Of a stretch of 64,000 bases of DNA, positions 16,601 to 35,471 are shown one piece after another. The stretch lies in NCBI RefSeq assembly GCF_009914755.1, contig NC_060936.1; one strand, written 5' to 3'. The position numbers were made by a program, and so were the translations under genes. The stretch is from the human T2T-CHM13v2.0 reference genome, Homo sapiens. The notes beneath the pieces are model-generated. The model saw only the letters and a list, made by a program, of their open reading frames with translations, searched no databases and had not been told where the DNA came from. The first letter of the stretch is position 1. Each line of letters begins with the position of its first letter.

Positions 16601-18310
16601 GAAGAAGAATAATGTATGAATGCAAATTTCTTTTTCCTTCTATATTGAAGCACTTTTGCCCTCATGTGTTCACTTTCTATTCTTAAAGGTAGAGACTTAA
16701 TTCTATTTTCTACAGCTCTTAAAGGCTGATAATGCAGTTATTATGATTGCGACTAGCTAGCTCATCTTGTTAGAGAAAGTATCATGGTACTGGGTTAAGT
16801 TTAAATATCCATATGGAATAGAAAACTTCATTTATTTGGGTGCCACAAATTGCAACCCTGACCCTTCCCAGAAGTCTATTAATATCTACCATGAACACCA
16901 AGATAATGTTTGTGGCCAGATGAAAGTAAAAACAGCCTAAAGTGAACACCCAACTGATTTTATTTCCTTAAAATGGATTTGAAATAGAATATTTTATTAT
17001 TAGTTACTTTGAATATTATTGATATTTACAAAAACATACTTCAAGTAAATCTGCCTAAAATTGGCTTGAGAACTATCTGAAGAGATTTTTTTTTTTAGAT
17101 TTTCAGAAAAATATTCCTCATGGAATATCTTTCCAATTTTGCAGCATAAAAAAATAGAAAACATTATTTTGTTTCTTATCAAACTAATTTTTCAATTTTC
17201 ATTCATTTAACAAATAATACTGAGTATATACTTATGCCAGAATTTTTCTAGACACCAGTAATACAGCAATAAACTAAGTAGATAAAGCTGCTGCTCTCAA
17301 GTTTACATTCTAGTGGAAGGAGATAGAAAATAAACAAGCAAATATATAATACGTTGAATCGTGGTAAGTTCTCTGAAGAAAGATAAAACAGGGTAATGGA
17401 AATAGAGAACACTAAGAAGGAAAACAGAGAAGACTTTATTGACAAGGTGATATCTGGACAGATATTTTAAGGATTATAGCTATTCATAAAATATGGAATA
17501 CCAGCATAGCCAAAATTCAGGTAATACTGTGATGTAGTAACCTAATGTTTCCTAGTTACATTACTTAAATATTCTGTCCTACTGAATTAACAAATCCTGG
17601 GAGTAAAATATTTGTAAAAGCCTAGGCTGCAACCACCCTCAATCATCTGATATAGACACTATAGTTTTCTAAGCTCCCTCCATCAGCAAAATATTCGTTA
17701 CTCAAAGCTGATTTGTACTGACCCTGTGGGACACAAGCCCATTTCAAGGCTGCTGGCTATAGCTTGAAAAGAACCACTGAGATGTAACTGAACATTTCTG
17801 TTCAAGTAGGGCTGGCCCTACCCCTACCTCCTATAAGCTTTGACCTGGATACATAATCCGGGGCTAATTAATCAATACATCCATCTCTTTGACAACTGAG
17901 ATTGGCTCAGCAGTCAAAATGTGATCAAACTTAGAAATCTTGCTTGAATTTGGGGAAAGAAGCGCTTTTGGCCAGGATTATTAAGCAAAGAACACAATGA
18001 ACCTTGGGCTACTTATATCCCTTGCCGCCATATGGGAAAAGCTGGCCTGAGAACAAAACCAGTGTAGAGGAAAATCCAGCTGACCAATGGGGAAAGGCAG
18101 ATTCCAGTTTACATTGTTTGAGTACTAGGATCCATAAAAGCCTAGATTTTTCATTTATATGCGCTAACACATTCCTTTTCTGCATAAATCAGTTTGAATT
18201 GGTTTTGAAGAGATACATGGAAAATCAGAAAATAAGATATGGCAGAAATTTTCTCTTCCCATTTTCAACACTGAACTGGTATATTCTAAATATGGATATA
18301 TGGGTGTTAC

Positions 18311-18550
18311 CTCTTTGATGGAAGTAAACAAGGTTTTATCACCGGACCTAAAGTCTGAACACAAGGCCATTTCAAAGGAATAAAATCTAATTTTCCTTAA
18401 GGGAGTCAATATAAACAAAAGAAGGTCCAGGGCTATATTGGTGACCATCAGAAGCTAGTGCTTCAGAAAGAGTGTCTCAGGGTTTAAAGATTCTGGCATA
18501 TGAAAAATATTACTTTGAGGGAAAATCCAGTACACAAAATAAAAGGAATT
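18311..18550 (-). pseudogene. Relic exon candidate H (240 nt)
   Basis: tttcatttgatttgctttag| ... GAG|gtaaca. Exactly 80 codons, phase 0/0, one stop: NSFYFVYWIFPQSNIFHMPESLNPETLFLKH*LLMVTNIALDLLLFILTPLRKIRFYSFEMALCSDFRSGDKTLFTSIKE. Confidence 0.62.
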
Positions 18551-19199
18551 CTAAAGCAAATCAAATGAAAGCAAATATAGTTCACTGTCAGAAAAGATAA
18601 AGAAAAAAACGAAAAATAGTACAACCAGATATATAGTTGTATAATCCAAGTTTTAGCTAGGATTCTTAAAAGTAATTGCTGACTTGTCCACCAGACAGTA
18701 CAAATAATCAATAACATTCTATCTCACAGTTGAATTTTGTAATCACAAAAAGAACAAGATCTCAAATTCTCTCTCAAGCATATTAGAATTACTGATTTTA
18801 TTTCTTTAAATATGTAAATTTGTGAGTGAGGCACTTATAATTTATAACTTTTTATGTGAGTGAATGCATCAAAAATTATGTGTAAGTGTTCAAGATAACC
18901 ACTCTAAACAGAAGTAAAAGACCCGCTATATATATAATAAGCAAATGCTTACAGGTCACTATAATATTCCTAGGAAAAAAGTAAAACTTGAAATTGCATT
19001 GCATAAAGGTCTAATTGTTGCTATATAAACATATTTCACAATTTTACCTAGGAAGATTTTAATTAATAAATTCATGTTTATACTACTACCTATAACTATA
19101 GGAAAAGCTTGTATAAATGAGAACTACAAAAATCAACATGTATATGGAGAAAAATTATTTAAATTATAAAAGATATTGTATAGCCAATTCTACTTAGCT

Positions 19200-19615
19200 T
19201 TTTAACAAACCTGTTTTCTCTACTTCTTGGGCACTTAGCTAAACCATATTTCCTAGTCTTGCAGTTTGGGACAGCCATGTGATTGTATGACTGAGTACTA
19301 GTCAGTGGAAGATAAGTGGAAATGATGTCTACTGTTTCCAGGCCCATCCCCTTTAACCTCCTACCTCACCTGTATCTTCCATCATCTTTACCCATACCAC
19401 CTTTTGACAGATAAGCCAAGTGACCTTGAAAGGTTGTGCTCAAAAGGGCAGAGTCAATAGATGGGAGAAATCTGAACTCCCCCTTTGAGGAGAGCCACCT
19501 GCTGATCCAGAATACCTGTTTTAGACTTTAAATTGTTAAGAAATAAACTTCCATTATATTTGATTCATTATATAATTTTTATTTTTTAAAATAGCTAGTA
19601 TTACCTTAACTAATA
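19200..19615. mobile_element. MLT1-type MaLR LTR
   Basis: cttgcagtttgggacagccatgtga ... agaaataaacttcca ... accttaactaata. Confidence 0.6.
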
Positions 19616-20000
19616 TAGCTTATGATTATATCACTAATATGTGATCATTGATATTCATGATTCATTTTATTTTTCCACTAATTTTAAGTTTTTAATATCC
19701 CTAGAACTCAGTACAAATGCATTAACTTCAAATTATAAAATATTTTAATATTCATAAGTAGTCTACATCTTCAGTAAAACTATTTTTTGAAATTTATTTC
19801 TTTGCTTAATCCCAGATTCTAAACTTTCTTTAACATTTAATTAACATAATTAAACTTATTCATGGCTTTAGTAATCAATTAGATCTTTCTTTAAAAAGAT
19901 TTAATTGGCCAAAAGATTTAATTGTAATTCTTTTTTGAAATCAGGATAATGTAACCTCTTATTAAAATAAACAAAAAATAAATAAAAATCAGTATGATAC

Positions 20001-20145
20001 ATCAGTTTTGCCATATTCCTATAAAGCATCTCGAAAGTAACAAAATGCTTCAAGAAAACTACCATAAAATAACATTAAAATATTTAAAAGAAGAATGGTC
20101 CCGCCAGCATAGCTCTTATTCAGTAAGAATGAATGTGCAGTCCTT
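20001..20145 (-). pseudogene. Relic exon candidate G (145 nt)
   Basis: Long pyrimidine tract ttcttttttgttttcatctgtttgttcag|. 48 codons with one stop: RTAHSFLLNKSYAGGTILLLNILMLFYGSFLEAFCYFRDAL*EYGKTD. The donor GAT|gtatca is weak. Confidence 0.55.
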
Positions 20146-22155
20146 CTGAACAAACAGATGAAAACAAAAAAGAACTACCCCAGGCAAGACTGAACTAAAA
20201 ATTTTTCTCAATTTCCAGTCAAACTGTGTTCACTTTTCTAACATCTACCCATCCACCCACCCATTCATTCTTCTTTTGTTCATTGATTCAAAAATTGCAT
20301 ATTGGTATTATGTGGCAGGCCCCATACCAGGATTCTGTGATATCACAAAGATGAAATATATAGATAATGCCCTCAAGGGGTTCACAGTCTAATATATTCA
20401 AGAACAAGAAACAATCAGAATTTATAACTACTTACTACAATTACAACCACCATAAGTACTATTACAGGACATTGGGACTCTATATTATAAAAGGCACTGG
20501 GAGAAAGCCTAATACAAATTGGAATGAAGGTTCAAAAATGAGCTAAGATTAGAAGTAATGTTTTGATGGAGGAGGAAAAGTAAAAATAATGAAATTGGTT
20601 TGGGGCAGAGGAGAGTGTGAGAACTCAGGTATAGTTATACATGCTGAAAGACTGGTGAAAGAGAGTTTGGTAAATTTATAGAATTATAAATAATGGGGAA
20701 AATGATGAGAGATGACAACACAGCCCTAAATAGGAGCAAGTTCATGACATGCCTTCATTTTCCCTATTCCATAATCAGATGATTGTTATTATCACACTTT
20801 TTCCTGTGCCTTTCACCTCATATTCAAACAGGACAGAATCACTTTTCATTTTCACTGATTAAAATATAGCTATTTCTTTTTTTAACACACTTTTATAAGA
20901 GAGCTACTATCTGTCAGGCAACATCCCAGACTCTCAGATATACTGTTCTTCCTAACTTTCTACAACACCTTATACTATCATTTACTGGACTGCTTGCTTG
21001 GTAATACACTTTACCACCCTGTATTTCAATTATTTGGTAATATATCTGTTTTACCTGCCAAACTCCAAGCTCCATAAAACATGGAAATGCCTCAGTCGTT
21101 TTTTTTGTCTGCCATAAAACAGTAGCTAGTACGTAATATAGGTATAACGAATGTTTACTGAGTGGATGAACTAAAGCAATGAAGAAAAATGGATTAGCTT
21201 TAAAATAAGAGACTATCATTTTAGTTTTCTCATTACGCAATAAGATTTTTTAAATATACAAAATATCATAATGTGTATTTTATGTTTATATTTTTATGTT
21301 TTGTAGGATATTGATACTATTTATTGGTAAGTAATAATATTTTATTATTGCAGTACCCCTTCACAATATACCCTTATATATACAACTTATAATTCTGATA
21401 GTTTCTGAAAACACATTACTATTGGAATGCTGCTAAAAATATGACTAGAATTCATTTTTTCATCCATATAAAAATGTTTATTGAGTAGTTACTATTTGTA
21501 GGACACTATGTGAATTGCTTAGCTTTTATATTTCATTGCCATTAAATACAATAATGTAAGAGGTAAAATATGTCAAATTAACTTCCCTTTGTACTTAGTC
21601 ATAGTCATACCCTGAGGCAAAGGAACAATGTCATTCAACCTCCTTTCATAAATAATATACTTTGAAACAATGACTGATTCATTGTTAAACTGCATGATTA
21701 TATAGTATAAAGATTATAAATTCAGTTGAAGTTCAGGTGTTTTTTATTATGAGATACTGTACTTTTAAATTCTGGAATTTCCAATTAATGTTTTTAATAG
21801 ATCTCATTTCTCTTCTGAGAGTCTCCATCTGTTCAAAGAAAAAGAAAAAGTCTGAGCTGGAGTAAGTAAGGAGGTTTCTATATAAAGAAAGACTTGAACT
21901 ACACCTCATAAGATGAACAAGATTTAAACAAACAGCAAAGATGAGAGAATGAAACAATGAGCAAACACACCATGCAAGAAATGCCTATGATATTTTTAGA
22001 CAAATAACAAAGGAATAAGCTATACTGGTGGCAGGAAGGAGAACAGAAAGAAATATCATTGGATAAGGAGGGGTAGTAACAGAATCGGAAGATCTTGACA
22101 TTCTTGAACTCCAAGAAGAGGAAGGGGCCACGATAATTTAGTTAAAATAAGGCTC

Positions 22156-26768
<4,613 letters not shown>

Positions 26769-27479
26769 AGTAAGGCTCTCATTGATTTTTGACCGTGAAG
26801 TCATGAAATACAAACTCCATTTCAGAAAGTCTCATCTGGCAGTATAATATAGGTGTGGGTTAGAATTAAGAGAGACTGATTGCAAAGAAAGGAACAAAAA
26901 CATTGGTTTGACACCTTCTGTGTGTCCAACACACTGCTAAATACTTTTTACACAAAGTATACTTCAATAGGAAACAGTGAGAGACTAAGACAAAATGGGA
27001 AGGTTAGCTATAATTATGGGGTAACCTTTCAGTGATACAGAGAAAAATACATATAAATGATTCAACAAATAAAATAGAAATGACAGGCTACCATTCGTTT
27101 AGTGTGTAATCTGTGGTGAGCACTGTGTTAGGTACTCCATACTTATCACCTCTATCCTCACAACAATCCTGCAAGGTACTATTATTCTTATTGCTACCAT
27201 TTTTCATATTAAAAAAATCTAAACATCAGGGAAATATTTACCAGGGAAATAATACCTGCAAGATACTATTACTATTACTATTGTTACCATTTTTCAGATG
27301 AGAAATCTAAAGATCAGTGAAATATCTACCTATGGAGTAGAACTGGAATTCAAACACAAGTCTTTTGAACTCAAATTCCTGTTCTCTACCCTATAATGTC
27401 ACATACAATACAAAAATATGTTATTGAAGAAATTAGTGTAATTCTTTAATGCAAGGACTCTTTAATGTAAGTTAGTGAG

Positions 27480-27840
27480 GATGATAATTACTATGACAGT
27501 AAAAACACTTTAATGTTTGAGAAAGGGGCACCAGGCTAGGTAAAACTAGGATTAGAGATTCAAGGGCAAAAGGAAATCTTTCAAAGCTGGAATGGATTTA
27601 TTTCAGTAACAAAGAATAGATTATAGGAAAAGATATAACATGTCAATTTTTGTCTCATTTATTCTGAGGGCAGGCAATTTTCACTTTAATGATCCCGCTT
27701 CTCACTAGTTCATTTTCTTTGTTCATTTTAAAGTCTTTATTTCCTGTCGGATTTATTCCCTTGACTAAGCATTCTTTCTCCAAATTAAGACTTTGCTTCT
27801 CATTATTAATGATTTGATAGCACAGACTGGCAGCTATCAC
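27480..27840 (-). pseudogene. Relic exon candidate F (3' boundary uncertain)
   Basis: ttccatttag|GTG opens the 61-codon ORF 27655..27840 in the phase left by exon E. After a frameshift: MLYLFL*SILCY*NKSIPALKDFLLPLNL*S*FYLAW (TPR-like). Confidence 0.5.
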
Positions 27841-28001
27841 CTAAATGGAACTGTTAGGAAACTGTAAACAAACACAACTTTTCAGCTTTAAAAAGCATAG
27901 ATGGCAGATGCAAGAATTCTGGCAAAGCCATGTGAAAATAACATCAGTTTTAAAAATCTAAGCCTGAGATTGAAGCAGGCCACACTGTATCTTTTACTTA
28001 C

Positions 28002-28368
28002 GATTATTGATTCTGATTCTATCATAGAGAATCCCAATTCTTCAGCTGTTAGAGGCTGAATGAATTCCAATATTCTTTAGTTGTGGCCCAAATGGTCTCC
28101 TGATAAAATATGTTGAAGCATGAGCAATTTCAGCAATTTTTTCTGGGTTACTAGTCTACTATTCCATCAGAATTAATTTGCTCTTCAAGGTGAAAAGCAT
28201 TTCCTCGGACACAGAGTTAAGTGATTATTGCAACTGCCATGTCTCTTTAAGCTCAGGCTCTCGCCTGATTTCCTTTGGCATTAGGCAGCAAAATGGATTT
28301 TTTTAAATACTGGCAAGCTGTCCAAGGTCTTCACTCAAAAAGAGAGCCAAGAACTCCCAAATGTAAAC
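28002..28368 (-). pseudogene. Relic exon candidate E (367 nt)
   Basis: ttctatttcaag| ... ATC|gtaagt. GLHLGVLGSLFE*RPWTACQYLKKSILLPNAKGNQARA... and ...KKLLKLLMLQHILSGDHLGHN*RILEFIQPLTAEELGFSMIESESII. Confidence 0.55.
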
Positions 28369-28879
28369 CTTGAAATAGAATTACAAATTAGGTACACTAT
28401 GACAAATGAACAAGGTAAATGTGAAAAGTGACTAAAAGTTAACTTCATCATTATCCAGAATGTGAGGTTAAAAGAAAGGTGAATTATTACTACATTTTCA
28501 GGAAAACATTACAATTAGCTCATAAGTGTAAAGTACAGATTCTCAGGAAAATTCTAACAGCTGAGTTCTTCTACTAGAAAGTTTAATTCAAGTTAGAGAT
28601 TATAAAGAGATTAGAAAGAACAAAAGTATCAAAACAAAAACTGGCCAATAATATATCTGAAGAGTATATAAAAATGATAACCTCACAAATGTCATAAAGT
28701 TCAAAACATAAAAATTAAAATATTTTAGAAAGGAAGTTTACTGCCCTTAATAGAATGCTCATAATATAGATGCATATTTTAACATCAAACACATTTTAAG
28801 CACATGCACAATGAAATACTGTGCATCAGTGAAGTCCATAAAAATGTGCAAGAATCATTAACAATTAGAAAAAAACAGG

Positions 28880-31800
28880 ATGTCATCAACCACCAAATAT
28901 ACATTCTTATCACCTGCACAGGGAACATACTCAAAGATTGATGACATGCTCAGCCATAAAGCGAGTCTCAATAAATTCAAAAAAATCAAAACCATACCAA
29001 CCATATTTTTGGACCACAGTGGAATAAAAATAGAAATCAATGCCATAAACATATCTCAAAACCATCCCTCAAATCTTTTCAATTTCATGAAAACTAAACA
29101 ACTTGCTACTGAATGAGTTTTGGGTACGCAATGAAATTAAGGCAGATATCAAAAAAATCTTTGAAATAAACTAAAACAGACGTAACATACCAAAATCTCT
29201 GAGATGCAGCAGAAGCAATGTTAAGAGGAAAGTCTATAGTGCTAAATGCCTACCTCAAAAAATTTTTAAAGATCTCAAATTAATAATCTAACATCACACC
29301 CAGAGGAACTAGAAAAACAAGAACAAATCAGAAGAAAAGAAATAAATAAAATAAAATAAAATCAGTGCAGAAGTGAATGAAATTAAGACCCAAAAATTCA
29401 TACAAAAAAATCTATAAAACCAAAAGTTGGCATGAAAGGATAAATAAGATCAATAGGCTGGCAGCTACATTAACAAAGAAAGAAGAGACAATATCCAAAT
29501 AAGCACAATCAGAAATGGCAAAGGTGACATTAAAACCAATCCCACCGAAATACAAAAAAAACCCTCAGAGACTATGATGAACACCATATATATACAAACT
29601 AGAAAATCTAGAGGAAGTAGATAAATTCCTGGAAATACACCATATCCCAGGGTTAAATCAGGAAGACATTGAAACCCTGAATAGACCAATAATGAATTCC
29701 GAAATGGAATCAGTAATAAAAAGCCTAACAACCAAAAAAAAAAAAAAAAAAACCCTGGACCAGAAGGATTTACAGCTGAATTCTACCAGACATACAAAGA
29801 AGAGCTGGTATTAATTCTGCTGAAACTATTCCAAAAAATTGAGGAGAATGAACTCCTCCCTAACTCATGAAGCCGCCATCATCCTAATATCAAAACCTGG
29901 CAAAGACACACACACACACACACAAAAGAAAACTACAGGCCAATATACCTGATGAACAGAGAAGCAAATATCCTCAGCAAACAAACTAAAAGCAGTAGTG
30001 CATCAAAAACTTACGACGATGAAGGAGGCTTTCTCCCTGGGATACAGGGTTGATTAAACATATACAAACCAATAAATGGGATTTACCACATAAGCAGATT
30101 TAAAAGCAAAATCAATATGATCATCTCAATAGATGCAATAAAGATACCTTCAATAAAATCCAACATCCCTTCATGATAAAAACCTTCAACAAATTAGGCA
30201 TCAAAGAAACACAACTCAAAATAATAAAAGCCATCTATGACAAACTCACAGCCAACATTATAATAAATGGGCAAAAACTAGAAGCATTTTCCTTAAGGAC
30301 TAGAACAAGACAAGTATGGCTACTCTCACCACTCATATATAACATAGTACTGAAAGTCCTAGCTGGAGCCATCATGCAAGAGGAATAAATAAAAGGCATC
30401 CAAATGGAAAACAAAAATTCAAACTATCTGTCTTCACTAATGATACGATTCTATGCCTAGAAAACCCTAAACTCCAACAAAAAGCTGTTGAAACTTATAA
30501 ATGACTTCAGCACATTTTCAGAACATAAAATCTATATATGAAGATCATTATAATTTCTATACATCAATAACATTCAATCTGAGAACCACAGTAAGAATGC
30601 AATCCCATTTACAATAAACACACAAAAAACGAAATACCAAGGAATACAGCTAACCAGGGAGGTGAAAGATCTCTACAATGAGAACTACAAAACCCACTGT
30701 TCAAAGAAATCAGAGATGATACAAAGAAATGGAAAAACATGCCATGTTCATGGGCTGGAAGAATCAATATCAATAAAATGTCCACACTACCCAAAGCAAT
30801 CTACAGATTGAATGTATTCTTATTAAAGTACCAATATCATTTTTCACACAATTAGAAAAAAACTATTCTAAAATTCACATGGAATCAAAAACAAGCTCGA
30901 ATAGCCAAAGTAATCCTAAAAGAATGAAGCCAGAGGCATCACATTTCCCAACTTCCAACTATACTATACAGCTACAATAACAAATACTTCATGGTACTGG
31001 TACAAAAACAGAAACATAGAACAAAGGAACAGAATAGAGAACTCAGAAATAAAGCCACACAACTACAACCATCTAATCTTCCACAAAAATAAACAATGGG
31101 GAAAGGACAAGCTATTCAATAAATAGTGCTGGGATACCTGGCTAGCCATACGCAGAATGAAACTGGACCCTTACCTTTCATCATACACAACAATTAAGAA
31201 AAGATAGATTAAAGATTTAGATGTAAGACCTCAAACTCTAAGAATCTTAGAATGAAACCTAGAAAACACCATTCTGGACATAGGTCTGGGCAAAGATTTC
31301 ATGATAAAGACTTCAAGAGCAATTGCAACAAAAACAAAAATTGACTTAAAACCTTCTGCACAGAAAAAGAAACTATAAACACAGTAAACAGACAACTTAC
31401 AGAATGGTAGAAAATATTCACAATCCATGCATCTGACAAAGGTCTAATATCCAGAATCTATAAGGAACTTAAAAAGTCAACAAGCAAAAAACAACCCCAT
31501 TAAAAAATGGGTAAAGGACATGAAAAGAAGATATACATGCAGTTAATAAGTATGTGAAAAAAATCCTCAACATTACTAATCATTAGAGAAGTGCAAATCA
31601 AAACCATTGAATGCAATCTCACACCTGTCACAATGACTATTATTAAAAAGTTAAAAAAAAAACAGATGTTGGTGAGGTTGTGTAGAAAAGGGATCGCTTA
31701 AACACTATTTGTGGGAATGTCAGTTAATTCAGCTACTATAGAAATAGTTTGGAGACTTCTCAATGAACTTAAAACAGAACTACCATTTGACCCAGCAATC

Positions 31801-32345
31801 CCATTACTGGGTGTATGACCACAGGAACACAAATCATTCTACCATTAAGACACATCCACGTATGCTCATTGCAGCACTTTTCACAACAGCAAAGACATGG
31901 AATCAATCTAGATATCCATCAACGGTGGACTAGATAAAGAAAACGTGGCACATATACACCATGGGATACTATGCAGCCATAAAAAAGAATAAAACTGTGT
32001 CCTTTGCAGCAACATGGATGCAGGTGGAGGCCATTATCCTAAGCAAATTAACACAGGAACAGATAACCAAATACCACTTGTTCTTACTCGTAAGTGTGAG
32101 TTAAACACTGAATACACATGGAAACACACATGGACACAAAGAGGGGAACTACAGACAATGGGGCTTACTTGCGGGTGTAGCACGGGAGGAGAGTAAGGAT
32201 CAAAAAGCTACATATTGGGTACTATGCTCATTACCTGGGAGAATAAATCATTTGTACACCAAATCCCAGTGACACACAGTTTACCCATGTAACAAACCTG
32301 CATATGTACCTCACTGAACCTAAAATAAAAGCTGGAAAAAAAAAA
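28880..32345 (+). mobile_element. 5'-truncated L1 (old L1PA/PB), ORF2 from EN to 3' UTR
   Basis: YTFLSPAQGTYSKID, RT peptides, 3' UTR and poly-A. Confidence 0.92.
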
Positions 32346-32564
32346 ACAAAATAGCCCCATCTCAATAATACAGAAAGAATAACAAGGATTAATTCAAAAA
32401 TGTTTATCACATAAATATTTAGGAATTCAAAAATTAATAATGTAATCAGACATATTTCCTATATTCATATACTATATACTTCCTTCGTATATGTTATCAG
32501 GAATTAAACATGGTATTTGTAATACAGGATATCCTTCTCATCAGTGAGAGTGATGTACTATTAC

Positions 32565-32749
32565 CTAAGAAAAATATAATTTGACTTAAGATCCTAGCGA
32601 TATATTGTGAAGTCAATAATATAGTTTACAGGGGTATTTTATTTCATCCTCAAAGAAACTGGCGAGGTATTCATTATTTGAAAAATCACCCAACAGGGGA
32701 AGTTCTTCTCAGATCATAAATATTCCATGTTAGAATTTTTCTCATATGC
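32565..32749 (-). pseudogene. Relic exon candidate D (185 nt)
   Basis: tatttcggtgtag| ... TTAG|gtaata. Frameshifted pieces AYEKNSNMEYL / EELPLLGDFSNNEYLASFFEDEIKYP / TILLTSQYIARILSQIIFFL(G). Confidence 0.45.
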
Positions 32750-33062
32750 CTACACCGAAATACAGGTTATCAAACAGATGTTTTTATGCCCATGACCTGT
32801 TCTATCAATTCAATAAATGTTTGCTAAGCATGTGAGTGAGGAACTATGCTAAGGACAAATACATGCACACACACAGATTAATATTTTCCCTGTCTTCAAG
32901 GAGCTTATAGGCAAAGTCAAAAAAGATGATTCATGCATAATTAATACAAAGCAGCATAATGATGCAAATAGTTAGATCTAAATAGAAGGATCAAAAATAG
33001 TTTTCAATAAGTAGAGATGGTAGGGATAATATATATAGACAAAACATGAACGTGGACAATAA

Positions 33063-33391
<329 letters not shown>

Positions 33392-35145
33392 AAGAATAAT
33401 CCATTTTACTAAAATATATTTATCTAAGACATTACTAGCAGATAAAGCTGGAAAAATATGATGAAGCTAGAAATGAAGGGTCTTGAATGCCTGAGTTAAA
33501 CGTTTCTATTTAACATTTGCAGTGAGGACCAGGGCTAGTTTTGAGTAGGAAAATGACATGACCAGAATGGCACTTAAGGCATACTGACTTGGCAGCATTG
33601 CTCAGAATAAATATGAGCAGATGAAGAGGAGAGACTAGAAGTGGGTGGACAGGGTAGGAGGCTCTTGAAATAACTCAGGTGAGGGGAAATGATGGTCTGA
33701 ACCCACAAACTGGCAGGAATGATGAAAAGGTGAGAGGTCAATCTGGAAGACAGTAATGAAAGACAGAATGATCTACTTGTAAGACATTGGACATACATTC
33801 AGATCCAAGATTTACCTTTTGGGCAACTGACTTTACTCCTGATTCCCACGTTGAGGATAATAAAACCTACCTCATGGGATTGTTGTCAGGAATAAAGGAG
33901 ATAATGATTTTTAACATGTTTACACAATGCCTAGCATGTAGTGAAAATTTAGTACTTAATAAATGCTAGCTTCTAGTGTTACAATTATTTTGAGATATTA
34001 TAGTTTGGTCACTGTTTACTGATTTTTTTAGTAGCTACATCTCACTGCTGGTTCACTTAGCAGTTGTAGTCATCTATATACCCTAAAACTTTTGTGTGAA
34101 CTACTCTCTGACATTAAATCTCCCCCACCTTGTATTTATACCATTGATTTTTAAGGAATCTAAATATAAGATTTTATACTAACTCCCACTGAATTCTATG
34201 TTTTTACCTTGAGCCAAGATTTCAGCCTATTGAGATAATTTTTCATATAAGTTCAATTATTTGTCATATTTGCTATTCCTCCCTAACTTCTACAAAGCTG
34301 ATTAGAATACATATGGCTTTTTCCAAGTAAAATATTGACTCAGACCAATCCAAGAACAAAATATTTCACTTTCACTAGAGAAATCCCCTCTACGTTGACA
34401 TTTTGTGACTATTTAGAACGTCTGGACAAAATTGGACAAAGTCTGTGAAACATAAAAATCAAGATCTCTTCAGCAACATAAAAGAGAACAAAATAGCTCT
34501 TTTCTATGGCTGACAGAAAGCCAGAGTAAAATTTTTTTAACCGATGCAGAAACTAAGGCTTGGAAATATCAAGCAACTTCCAAAGGTCACCCTGCTAGTA
34601 AATTGCAGAACAGAGTTGTACAACCAAATCTGTAGGACTCACAATCTCATGCTCTTAACTGCTAGACTAAGTTATCTCCCTAAGAAAGATGGTTGAGATT
34701 CCCATCATGATTGCTGGGAAAAACCTCCACTTTGGTCTCTGGAATTCATCTCCAAATAATTAAATGCATTTTGCAATGATAATGGTTCATTTGCAAGAAC
34801 ATATACACTTTTATATGCAGTCTTTGCCTTTTTATGCATTTATTCAGTCAATGAACTTTCACTGAGAGACCACTACATTCAAGGCACCGTGTGAGGCAGG
34901 ATGTGACTACAGAGATCAATCTAATAATGAACCTACTGTCAAAGGGGTATATAAGAAGTAATGCAAAACATATACACCTACAAGGCAAGGCAGAAAGAGA
35001 TGTATCAAGAATGGTAAAAAGCAAGTGTGCTAGAAGTTCAGAAAAATGACTCTTTTATTCTACTAGCCATTTTCTCAAGGACTTCCTAGATTCCCTAAGG
35101 TTACAAAAAGTTCTTCCTGAGGTGAGGGTAGGAACAAAAACTTAC

Positions 35146-35336
35146 CCTTCTGATTCTGGATTTTTCCATTAATGTACCTACAGTACATACGTGTGGTTAA
35201 TGGTATTGTTTTCAATATATAAATGCAGGTCAACATGATCCTAGTTCTACATTCCCTAATTCTTGCAAAACCTGTTAGGAGATTTCCAACCTTAGTTGAA
35301 TCACCTTGAGTCACCACATCCAAAAGGTCTGTTCAA
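35146..35336 (-). pseudogene. Relic exon candidate C (191 nt)
   Basis: tatttcttatgtag| ... AGAAGG|gtaagt (consensus donor). Open frame TDLLDVVTQGDSTKVGNLLTG... (ORF 35075..35323). Confidence 0.55.
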
Positions 35337-35471
35337 CTACATAAGAAATAGATTGTTCAGGTTAGAATGTTCTTTTGAACATTGTATACCACTGCTTAAG
35401 ATTTAGCACCACTATAAAAAATTATACATGCTAAAGAATCAGTTATGTTCCTATAATAAGCCTCTATTTAC

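Noticed and set aside
17039-17145. Exon-like stretch (ORF 17000..17182, donor GAA|gtatgt)
   Set aside because: No intact AG acceptor. It may belong to the relic gene but cannot be supported alone; the same applies to weaker candidates near 7860-7990, 9075-9180, 36105-36170 and 39243-39283.
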